A stretch of 64,000 nt of DNA from NCBI RefSeq assembly GCF_009914755.1, contig NC_060933.1; one strand, given 5' to 3'. The notes below the pieces were generated by a model. It saw only the letters and a program-made list of their open reading frames with translations. It was not told the DNA's origin and did not search any database. A program made the position numbers and the translations under genes. Source of the DNA: the human T2T-CHM13v2.0 reference genome, Homo sapiens. Shown in pieces: positions 52,798 through 64,000 of this stretch. Numbering within the stretch: position 1 is the first letter of the stretch; every line of letters starts with the position of its first letter.

Positions 52798-55700
52798 GTG
52801 GATATTTTGATACCTTTGAGGATTTCGTTAGACACGGGATATCTTCATATAAAATCTAGACAGAAGCATTCTCAGAAACTTCTTTGTGCTGTATGTCCTC
52901 AATTAACAGAGTTGAACCTTTGTGTGGATACAGCATTTTGGAAACATTCCTTTAGTAGAATCTGCAAGTTGATATTTAGATAGCTAGGAAGATTTCCTTG
53001 GAAACGGGAATATCTTCATATAAAATCTAGACGGAAGCATTCTCAGAAAGTGCTTTGTGATGTTTGCATTCAAGTCACAGAGTTGAATATTCCCTTTTAT
53101 AGAGCAGGTTTGAAACACTCTTTCTGCACTATCTGGAAGTGGACATTTGGAGCGCTTTGAGGCCTATGTTGAAAAAGGAAATATCTTCCCATAAAAACTA
53201 GACAGAAGCATTCTCAGAAACTTGTTTGTGATGTGTGTATTCAACTAACAGAGATGAACCTTTCTTTTTACAGAGCAGTTTTGAAACACTCTTTTTGTGG
53301 AATCTGAAAGTGGATATTTGGATAGCTTTGAGGATTTCGTTGGAAACGGGATTACATATAAAACCTAGAGAGAAGCATTCTCAGGAACTTCTTTGTGATG
53401 TTTGCATTCAAGTCACAGAACTGAACATTCCCTTTCATAGAGCAGGTTTGAAACACTCTTTCTGTAGTATCTGCAAGCTGACGTTTCAAGCGCTTTCAGG
53501 CCTATGGTGAGAAAGGAAATATCTTCAAGTAAAAACTAGACAGAAGCATTCTCAGAAACTTATTTGCCATGTGTGTTCTCAACTAACAGAGTTGAACCTT
53601 TGTTTTGATACGGCATTTTGGAAACACTCTTTTTGTAGAATCTGCAGGTGGATATTCGGATAGCTTTGAAGGTTTCGTTGGAAACGGGAATATCTTCATA
53701 TAAAATGTAGACGGAAGCATTCTCAGAAACTGCTTTGTGATGTTTTCATTCAAGTCACAGAGTAGAATGTTCCCTGTTATATACCAGGTTTGAGACACTC
53801 TTTCTGCACTACCTGGAAGTGGACATTTGGAGCGCTTTGAGGCCCATGATGAAAAAGGAAATATCTTCCCATAAAAACTAGACAGAAGCATTCTCAGAAA
53901 CTTGTTTGTGATGTGTGTATTCAACTAACAGAGATGAACCTTTCTTTTTACAGAGCAGTTTTGAAACACTCTTTTTGTGGAATCTGGAAGTGGATATTTG
54001 GATAGCTTTGAGGATTTCGTTGGAAACGGGATTACATATAAAATCAAGAGAGAAGAATTCTCAGGAACTTCTTTGTGATATTTGCATTCAAGTCACAGAA
54101 CTGAACATTCCCTTTAATAGAGCATGTTTGAAACACTCTTTCTGTAGTATCTGCAAACGGACATTTCAAACGCTTTCAGGCCTATGGTGAGAAAGGAAAT
54201 ATCTTCAAATAAAAACTAGACAGAAGCATTCTCAGAAACTTATTTGCGATGTGTGTCCTCAACTAACAGAGTTGAACCTTTCTTTTGATACAACATTTTG
54301 GAAACACTCTTTTTGTAGAATCTGCAAGTGGATATTTGGATCGCTTTGAAGGTTTCGTTGGAAACGGGAATATCTTCATATAAAATCAAGACAGAAGCAT
54401 TCTCAGAAACTTCTCTGTGATGTTTGCATTCAACTCATAGAGTTGAACACTTCCCTTCATACAGCAGGTTTGAAACACTCTTTTTGTAATATTTGGAAGT
54501 GGACATTTGCAGCGCTTTGAGGCCTATGACGAAAAAGGTAATATCTTCCCATAAAAACTAGACAGAAGCATTCTCAGAAACTTGTTTGTGATGTGTGTAT
54601 TCAACTAACAGAGATGAACCTTTCTTTTTACAGAGCAGTTTTGAAACACTCTTTTTGTGGAATCTGGAAGTGGATATTTGGATAGCTTTGAGGATTTCGT
54701 TGGAAACGGGATTACATATAAAATCTAGAGAGAAGCATTCTCAGGAACTTCTTTGTGATGTTTGCATTCAAGTCACAGAACTGAACATTCCCTTTCATAC
54801 AGCATGTTTGAAACACTCTTTCTGTAGTATCTGCAAACGGACATTTCAAACGCTTTCAGGCCTATGGTGAGAAAGGAAATATCTTCAAATAAAAACTAGA
54901 CAGAAGCATTCTCAGAAACTTATTTGCGATGTGTGTCCTCAACTAACAGAGTTGAACCTTTCTTTTGATACAACATTTTGGAAACACTCTTTTTGTAGAA
55001 TCTGCAAGTGGATATTTGGATCGCTTTGAAGGTTTCGTTGGAAACGGGAATATCTTCATATAAAATCAAGACAGAAGCATTCTCAGAAACTTCTCTGTGA
55101 TGTTTGCATTCAACTCATAGAGTTGAACACTTCCCTTCATACAGCAGGTTTGAAACACTCTTTTTGTAATATTTGGAAGTGGACATTTGCAGCGCTTTGA
55201 GGCCTATGACGAAAAAGGTAATATCTTCCCATAAAAACTAGACAGAAGCATTCTCAGAAACTTGTTTGTGATGTGTGTATTCAACTAACAGAGATGAACC
55301 TTTCTTTTTACAGAGCAGTTTTGAAACACTCTTTTTGTGGAATCTGGAAGTGGATATTTGGATAGCTTTGAGGATTTCGTTGGAAACGGGATTACATATA
55401 AAATCTAGAGAGAAGCATTCTCAGGAACTTCTTTGTGATGTTTGCATTCAAGTCACAGAACTGAACATTCCCTTTCATACAGCATGTTTGAAACACTCTT
55501 TCTGTAGTATCTGCAAACGGACATTTCAAACGCTTTCAGGCCTATGGTGAGAAAGGAAATATCTTCAAATAAAAACTAGACAGAAGCATTCTCAGAAACT
55601 TATTTGCGATGTGTGTCCTCAACTAACAGAGTTGAACCTTTCTTTTGATACAACATTTTGGAAACACTCTTTTTGTAGAATCTGCAAGTGGATATTTGGA

Positions 55701-56709
55701 TAGCTTTGAAGGTTTCGTTGGAAACGGGAATATCTTCATATAAAATCAAGACAGAAGCATTCTCCGAAACTTCTCTGTGATGTTTGCATTCAACTCATAG
55801 AGTTGAACACTTCCCTTCATACAGCAGGTTTGAAACACTCTTTTTGTAATATTTGGAAGTGGACATTTGCAGCGCTTTGAGGCCTATGACGAAAAAGGTA
55901 ATATCTTCCCATAAAAACTAGACAGAAGCATTCTCAGAAACTTGTTTGTGATGTGTGTATTCAACTAACAGAGATGAACCTTTCTTTTTACAGAGCAGTT
56001 TTGAAACACTCTTTTTGTGGAATCTGAAAGTGGATATTTGGATAGCTTTGCGGATTTCTTTGGAAACGGGATTACATATAAAATGTAGAGAGAAGCATTC
56101 TCAAGAACTTCTTTGTGATGTTTGCATTCAAGTCACAGAACTGAACATTCCCTTTCATAGAGCAGTTTTGAAACACTCTTTCTGTAGTATCTGCAAGCGG
56201 ACGTTTTAAGCGCTTTCAGGCCTGTGGTGAGAAAGGAAATATCTTCAAATAAAAACTAGACAGAAGCATTCTCAGAAACTTATTTGCGATGTGTGTCCTC
56301 AACTAACAGAGTTGAACCTTTCTTTTGATACAACATTTTGGAAACACTCTTTTTGTAGAATCTGCAAGTGGATATTTGGATAGCTTTGAAGGTTTCGTTG
56401 GAAACGGGAATATCTTCATATGAAATCAAGACAGAAGCATTCTCAGAAACTTCTCTGTGATGTTTGCATTCAACTCATAGAGTTGAACACTTCCCTTCAT
56501 ACAGCAGGTTTGAAACACTCTTTTTCTAATATTTGGAAGTGGACATTTGCAGCGCTTTGAGGCCTATGTTGAAAAAGGAAATATCTTCTCCTAAAAACCA
56601 GACAGAAGCATTCTCAGAAACTTCCTTGTGATGTGTGTACTCAAGTAACAGAGTTGAACCTTCCTTTTGACAGAGCAGTTTTGAAGCACTCTTTTTGTAG
56701 AATCTGCAA
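52798..56709 (+). repeat. 23-mer HOR unit (3912 bp) with a triplicated tetramer
   Basis: Marker spacing 3912 = 512 + 5x680. Same-type tetramers start at 53915, 54595 and 55275. Confidence 0.92.
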
Positions 56710-59700
56710 GTGGATATTTTGATACCTTTGAGGATTTCTTTGGACACGGGATATCTTCATATAAAATCTAGACAGAAGCATTCTCAGAAACTTCTTTGTG
56801 CTGTATGTCCTCAATTAACAGAGTTGAACCTTTGTGTGGATACAGCATTTTGGAAACATTCCTTTAGTAGAATCTGCAAGTTGATATTTAGATAGCTAGG
56901 AAGATTTCCTTGGAAACGGGAATATCTTCATATAAAATCTAGACGGAAGCATTCTCAGAAAGTGCTTTGTGATGTTTGCATTCAAGTCACAGAGTTGAAT
57001 ATTCCCTTTTATAGAGCAGGTTTGAAACACTCTTTCTGCACTACCTGGAAGTGGACATTTGGAGCGCTTTGAGGCCTATGTTGAAAAAGGAAATATCTTC
57101 CCATAAAAACTAGACAGAAGCATTCTCAGAAACTTGTTTGTGATGTGTGTATTCAACTAACAGAGATGAACCTTTCTTTTTACAGAGCAGTTTTGAAACA
57201 CTCTTTTTGTGGAATCTGAAAGTGGATATTTGGATAGCTTTGAGGATTTCGTTGGAAACGGGATTACATATAAAACCTAGAGAGAAGCATTCTCAGGAAC
57301 TTCTTTGTGATGTTTGCCTTCAAGTCACAGGACTGAACATTCCCTTTCATAGAGCAGGTTTGAAACACTCTTTCTGTAGTATCTGCAAGCTGACGTTTCA
57401 AGCGCTTTCAGGCCTATGGTGAGAAAGGAAATATCTTCAAGTAAAAACTAGACAGAAGCATTCTCAGAAACTTATTTGCCATGTGTGTTCTCAACTAACA
57501 GAGTTGAACCTTTGTTTTGATACGGCATTTTGGAAACACTCTTTTTGTAGAATCTGCAGGTGGATATTCGGATAGCTTTGAAGGTTTCGTTGGAAACGGG
57601 AATATCTTCATATAAAATCTAGACGGAAGCATTCTCAGAAACTGCTTTGTGATGTTTTCATTCAAGTCACAGAGTAGAATGTTCCCTGTTATATACCAGG
57701 TTTGAGACACTCTTTCTGCACTACCTGGAAGTGGACGTTTGGAGCGCTTTGAGGCCTATGTTGAAAAAGGAAATATCTTCCCATAAAAACTAGACAGAAG
57801 CATTCTCAGAAACTTGTTTGTGATGTGTGTATTCAACTAACAGAGATGAACCTTTCTTTTTACAGAGCAGTTTTGAAACACTCTTTTTGTGGAATCTGAA
57901 AGTGGATATTTGGATAGCTTTGAGGATTTCGTTGGAAACGGGATTACATATAAAATCTAGGGAGAAGCATTCTCAGGAACTTCTTTGTGATGTTTGCATT
58001 CAAGTCACAGAACTGAACATTCCCTTTCATAGAGCAGGTTTGAAACACTCTTTCTGTAGTATCTGCAAGTGGACGTTTCAAGCGCTTTCAGGCCTGTGGT
58101 GAAAAAGGAAATATCTTCAAATAAAAACTAGACAGAAGCATTCTCAGAAACTTATTTGCGATGTGTGTTCTCAGCTAACAGAGTTGAACCTTTGTTTTGA
58201 TACAGCATTTTGGAAACACTCTTTTTGTAGGATCTGCAGGTGGATATTTGGATAGCTTTGAAGGTTTCTTTGGAAACGGGAATATCTTCATATAAAATCA
58301 AGACAGAAGCATTCTCAGAAACTTCTCTGTGATGTTTGCATTCAACTCATAGAGTTGAACACTTCCTTTCATAGAGCTGGTTTGAAATACTCTTTTTGTA
58401 ATATTTGGAAGTGGACATTGGCAGCGCTTTGAAGCCTATGGTGAAAAAGGAGATATCTTCTCCTAAAAACCAGACAGAAGGATTCTCAGAATCTTTCTTG
58501 TGATGTGTGTACTCAAGTAACAGAGGTGAACCTTCATTTTGACAGAGCAGTTTTGAAGCACTCTTTTTGTAGAATCTGCAAGTGGATATTTTGATACCTT
58601 TGAGGATTTCGTTAGACACGGGATATCTTCATATAAAATCTAGACAGAAGCATTCTCAGAAACTTCTTTGTGCTGTATGTCCTCAATTAACAGAGTTGAA
58701 CCTTTGTGTGGATACAGCATTTTGGAAACATTCCTTTAGTAGAATCTGCAAGTTGATATTTAGATAGCTAGGAAGATTTCCTTGGAAACGGGAATATCTT
58801 CATATAAAATCTAGACGGAAGCATTCTCAGAAAGTGCTTTGTGATGTTTGCATTCAAGTCACAGAGTTGAATATTCCCTTTTATAGAGCAGGTTTGAAAC
58901 ACTCTTTCTGCACTATCTGGAAGTGGACATTTGGAGCGCTTTGAGGCCTATGTTGAAAAAGGAAATATCTTCCCATAAAAACTAGACAGAAGCATTCTCA
59001 GAAACTTGTTTGTGATGTGTGTATTCAACTAACAGAGATGAACCTTTCTTTTTACAGAGCAGTTTTGAAACACTCTTTTTGTGGAATCTGAAAGTGGATA
59101 TTTGGATAGCTTTGAGGATTTCGTTGGAAACGGGATTACATATAAAACCTAGAGAGAAGCATTCTCAGGAACTTCTTTGTGATGTTTGCATTCAAGTCAC
59201 AGAACTGAACATTCCCTTTCATAGAGCAGGTTTGAAACACTCTTTCTGTAGTATCTGCAAGCTGACGTTTCAAGCGCTTTCAGGCCTATGGTGAGAAAGG
59301 AAATATCTTCAAGTAAAAACTAGACAGAAGCATTCTCAGAAACTTATTTGCCATGTGTGTTCTCAACTAACAGAGTTGAACCTTTGTTTTGATACGGCAT
59401 TTTGGAAACACTCTTTTTGTAGAATCTGCAGGTGGATATTCGGATAGCTTTGAAGGTTTCGTTGGAAACGGGAATATCTTCATATAAAATGTAGACGGAA
59501 GCATTCTCAGAAACTGCTTTGTGATGTTTGCATTCAAGTCACAGAGTAGAATGTTCCCTGTTATATACCAGGTTTGAGACACTCTTTCTGCACTACCTGG
59601 AAGTGGACATTTGGAGCGCTTTGAGGCCCATGATGAAAAAGGAAATATCTTCCCATAAAAACTAGACAGAAGCATTCTCAGAAACTTGTTTGTGATGTGT

Positions 59701-62700
59701 GTATTCAACTAACAGAGATGAACCTTTCTTTTTACAGAGCAGTTTTGAAACACTCTTTTTGTGGAATCTGGAAGTGGATATTTGGATAGCTTTGAGGATT
59801 TCGTTGGAAACGGGATTACATATAAAATCAAGAGAGAAGAATTCTCAGGAACTTCTTTGTGATATTTGCATTCAAGTCACAGAACTGAACATTCCCTTTA
59901 ATAGAGCATGTTTGAAACACTCTTTCTGTAGTATCTGCAAACGGACATTTCAAACGCTTTCAGGCCTATGGTGAGAAAGGAAATATCTTCAAATAAAAAC
60001 TAGACAGAAGCATTCTCAGAAACTTATTTGCGATGTGTGTCCTCAACTAACAGAGTTGAACCTTTCTTTTGATACAACATTTTGGAAACACTCTTTTTGT
60101 AGAATCTGCAAGTGGATATTTGGATCGCTTTGAAGGTTTCGTTGGAAACGGGAATATCTTCATATAAAATCAAGACAGAAGCATTCTCAGAAACTTCTCT
60201 GTGATGTTTGCATTCAACTCATAGAGTTGAACACTTCCCTTCATACAGCAGGTTTGAAACACTCTTTTTGTAATATTTGGAAGTGGACATTTGCAGCGCT
60301 TTGAGGCCTATGACGAAAAAGGTAATATCTTCCCATAAAAACTAGACAGAAGCATTCTCAGAAACTTGTTTGTGATGTGTGTATTCAACTAACAGAGATG
60401 AACCTTTCTTTTTACAGAGCAGTTTTGAAACACTCTTTTTGTGGAATCTGAAAGTGGATATTTGGATAGCTTTGCGGATTTCTTTGGAAACGGGATTACA
60501 TATAAAATCTAGAGAGAAGCATTCTCAAGAACTTCTTTGTGATGTTTGCATTCAAGTCACAGAACTGAACATTCCCTTTCATAGAGCAGGTTTGAAACAC
60601 TCTTTCTGTAGTATCTGCAAGCGGACGTTTTAAGCGCTTTCAGGCCTGTGGTGAGAAAGGAAATATCTTCAAATAAAAACTAGACAGAAGCATTCTCAGA
60701 AACTTATTTGCGATGTGTGTCCTCAACTAACAGAGTTGAACCTTTCTTTTGATACAACATTTTGGAAACACACTTTTTGTAGAATCTGCAAGTGGATATT
60801 TGGATAGCTTTGAAGGTTTCGTTGGAAACGGGAATATCTTCATATGAAATCAAGACAGAAGTATTCTCAGAAACTTCTCTGTGATGTTTGCATTCAACTC
60901 ATAGAGTTGAACACTTCCCTTCATACAGCAGGTTTGAAACACTCTTTTTCTAATATTTGGAAGTGGACATTTGCAGCGCTTTGAGGCCTATGTTGAAAAA
61001 GGAAATATCTTCTCCTAAAAACCAGACAGAAGCATTCTCAGAAACTTCCTTGTGATATGTGTACTCAAGTAACAGAGTTGAACCTTCCTTTTGACAGAGC
61101 AGTTTTGAAGCACTCTTTTTGTAGAATCTGCAAGTGGATATTTTGATACCTTTGAGGATTTCGTTGGACACGGGATATCTTCATATAAAATCTAGACAGA
61201 AGCATTCTCAGAAACTTCTTTGTGCTGTATGTCCTCAATTAACAGAGTTGAACCTTTGTGTGGATACAGCATTTTGGAAACATTCCTTTAGTAGAATCTG
61301 CAAGTTGATATTTAGATAGCTAGGAAGATTTCCTTGGAAACGGGAATATCTTCATATAAAATCTAGACGGAAGCATTCTCAGAAAGTGCTTTGTGATGTT
61401 TGCATTCAAGTCACAGAGTTGAATATTCCCTTTTATAGAGCAGGTTTGAAACACTCTTTCTGCACTACCTGGAAGTGGACATTTGGAGCGCTTTGAGGCC
61501 TATGTTGAAAAAGGAAATATCTTCCCATAAAAACTAGACAGAAGCATTCTCAGAAACTTGTTTGTGATGTGTGTATTCAACTAACAGAGATGAACCTTTC
61601 TTTTTACAGAGCAGTTTTGAAACACTCTTTTTGTGGAATCTGAAAGTGGATATTTGGATAGCTTTGAGGATTTCGTTGGAAACGGGATTACATATAAAAC
61701 CTAGAGAGAAGCATTCTCAGGAACTCCTTTGTGATGTTTGCCTTCAAGTCACAGGACTGAACATTCCCTTTCATAGAGCAGGTTTGAAACACTCTTTCTG
61801 TAGTATCTGCAAGCTGACGTTTCAAGCGCTTTCAGGCCTATGGTGAGAAAGGAAATATCTTCAAGTAAAAACTAGACAGAAGCATTCTCAGAAACTTATT
61901 TGCCATGTGTGTTCTCAACTAACAGAGTTGAACCTTTGTTTTGATACGGCATTTTGGAAACACTCTTTTTGTAGAATCTGCAGGTGGATATTCGGATAGC
62001 TTAGAAGGTTTCGTTGGAAACGGGAATATCTTCATATAAAATCTAGACGGAAGCATTCTCAGAAACTGCTTTGTGATGTTTTCATTCAAGTCACAGAGTA
62101 GAATGTTCCCTGTTATATACCAGGTTTAAGACACTCTTTCTGCACTACCTGGAAGTGGACGTTTGGAGCGCTTTGAGGCCTATGTTGAAAAAGGAAATAT
62201 CTTCCCATAAAAACTAGACAGAAGCATTCTCAGAAACTTGTTTGTGATGTGTGTATTCAACTAACAGAGATGAACCTTTCTTTTTACAGAGCAGTTTTGA
62301 AACACTCTTTTTGTGGAATCTGAAAGTGGATATTTGGATAGCTTTGAGGATTTCGTTGGAAACGGGATTACATATAAAATCTAGGGAGAAGCATTCTCAG
62401 GAACTTCTTTGTGATGTTTGCATTCAAGTCACAGAACTGAACATTCCCTTTCATAGAGCAGGTTTGAAACACTCTTTCTGTAGTATCTGCAAGTGGACGT
62501 TTCAAGCGCTTTCAGGCCTGTGGTGAAAAAGGAAATATCTTCAAATAAAAACTAGACAGAAGCATTCTCAGAAACTTATTTGCGATGTGTGTTCTCAGCT
62601 AACAGAGTTGAACCTTTGTTTTGATACAGCATTTTGGAAACACTCTTTTTGTAGGATCTGCAGGTGGATATTTGGATAGCTTTGAAGGTTTCTTTGGAAA

Positions 62701-64000
62701 CGGGAATATCTTCATATAAAATCAAGACAGAAGCATTCTCAGAAACTTCTCTGTGATGTTTGCATTCAACTCATAGAGTTGAACACTTCCTTTCATAGAG
62801 CTGGTTTGAAATACTCTTTTTGTAATATTTGGAAGTGGACATTGGCAGCGCTTTGAAGCCTATGGTGAAAAAGGAGATATCTTCTCCTAAAAACCAGACA
62901 GAAGCATTCTCAGAATCTTTCTTGTGATGTGTGTACTCAAGTAACAGAGGTGAACCTTCATTTTGACAGAGCAGTTTTGAAGCACTCTTTTTGTAGAATC
63001 TGCAAGTGGATATTTTGATACCTTTGAGGATTTCGTTAGACACGGGATATCTTCATACAAAATCTAGACAGAAGCATTCTCAGAAACTTCTTTGTGCTGT
63101 ATGTCCTCAATTAACAGAGTTGAACCTTTGTGTGGATACAGCATTTTGGAAACATTCCTTTAGTAGAATCTGCAAGTTGATATTTAGATAGCTAGGAAGA
63201 CTTCCTTGGAAACGGGAATATCTTCATATAAAATCTAGACGGAAGCATTCTCAGAAAGTGCTTTGTGATGTTTGCATTCAAGTCACAGAGTTGAATATTC
63301 CCTTTTATAGAGCAGGTTTGAAACACTCTTTCTGCACTACCTGGAAGTGGACATTTGGAGCGCTTTGAGGCCTATGTTGAAAAAGGAAATATCTTCCCAT
63401 AAAAACTAGACAGAAGCATTCTCAGAAACTTGTTTGTGATGTGTGTATTCAACTAACAGAGATGAACCTTTCTTTTTACAGAGCAGTTTTGAAACACTCT
63501 TTTTGTGGAATCTGAAAGTGGATATTTGGATAGCTTTGAGGATTTCGTTGGAAACGGGATTACATATAAAATCTAGGGAGAAGCATTCTCAGGAACTTCT
63601 TTGTGATGTTTGCATTCAAGTCACAGAACTGAACATTCCCTTTCATAGAGCAGGTTTGAAACACTCTTTCTGTAGTATCTGCAAGTGAACGTTTCAAGCG
63701 CTTTCAGGCCTGTGGTGAAAAAGGAAATATCTTCAAATAAAAACTAGACAGAAGCATTCTCAGAAACTTATTTGCGATGTGTGTTCTCAGCTAACAGAGT
63801 TGAACCTTTGTTTTGATACAGCATTTTGGAAACACTCTTTTTGTAGGATCTGCAGGTGGATATTTGGATAGCTTTGAAGGTTTCTTTGGAAACGGGAATA
63901 TCTTCATATAAAATCAAGACAGAAGCATTCTCAGAAACTTCTCTGTGATGTTTGCATTCAACTCATAGAGTTGAACCCTTCCTTTCATAGAGCTGGTTTG

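Larger units (their letters stand above)
1..64000 (+). repeat. Centromeric alpha satellite HOR array, SF2-type dimeric organisation, D4Z1/D9Z4-like 3+4n HOR family
   Basis: AGACAGAAGCATTCTCAGAAAC recurs about every 170 bp throughout on the same strand. Monomers alternate between TTTCGTTGGAAACGGGA (CENP-B box) and GGCCTATG(G/T)TGAAAAAGGAAA (pJalpha type). HOR marker starts: 52, 1924, 3796, 4988, 6860, 9412, 11964, 14515, 17067, 18939, 21491, 24043, 25915, 27787, 30339, 32211, 33403, 36635, 38506, 39698, 42759, 45311, 47863 (hybrid), 49055, 50927, 52798, 56710, 58582, 61134, 63006. Alpha satellite identity is secure. The chromosome assignment is roughly even between chr4 and chr9, or could be another SF2 array. 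Confidence 0.99.

Noticed and set aside
52-63688. About 150 short ORFs (MDILIPL..., MYSTNRDE..., MSQTWY..., MSNEILKG...) on both strands
   Set aside because: They recur with the HOR period, often lack ATG starts, are freely broken by stops and frameshifts, and show no domains. They are alpha satellite translation artefacts, used here only as position markers.
1-64000. CRISPR-like repeat/spacer appearance of the recurring AGAAGCATTCTCAGAAAC motif
   Set aside because: The intervening sequences are homologous monomer bodies, not unique spacers, and there are no cas genes.
1-64000. L1/Alu insertion, inversion or transition to monomeric satellite
   Set aside because: Unit lengths sum exactly to the span between markers, orientation is constant, and I saw no poly(A), target-site duplication or foreign sequence.
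1-64000. Calling this window the active kinetochore or CDR site, or a novel coded system in the unit order
   Set aside because: The CDR is defined epigenetically and is invisible in sequence. The unit order is adequately explained by nested duplications and unequal exchange.

Overview
The whole 64 kb is one uninterrupted, single-orientation array of primate (human-type) centromeric alpha satellite: about 171-bp monomers, a dimeric SF2-like alternation of CENP-B-box (B) and pJalpha-type (A) monomers, and highly homogeneous higher-order repeats (HORs). I saw no genes, transposons, inversions or non-satellite inserts, and all listed ORFs are recurrent satellite artefacts. HORs follow a 3+4n rule: a 512-bp trimer plus n 680-bp tetramers. 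Using the trimer marker GTGGATATTTTGATACC there are 29 complete units: 4 x 7-mer (1192 bp), 12 x 11-mer (1871-1872), 10 x 15-mer (2551-2552), 1 x 19-mer (3232), 1 x 23-mer (3912) and one aberrant 18-mer (3061). This best fits the related chr4 D4Z1 / chr9 D9Z4 SF2 arrays, but that is inference and the chromosome cannot be fixed here. I found no evidence of a new gene-based system. The interesting content is structural: two interleaved HOR-end haplotypes, nested kb-scale duplications, hybrid monomers with breakpoints at CENP-B boxes, and patterned CENP-B-box loss.
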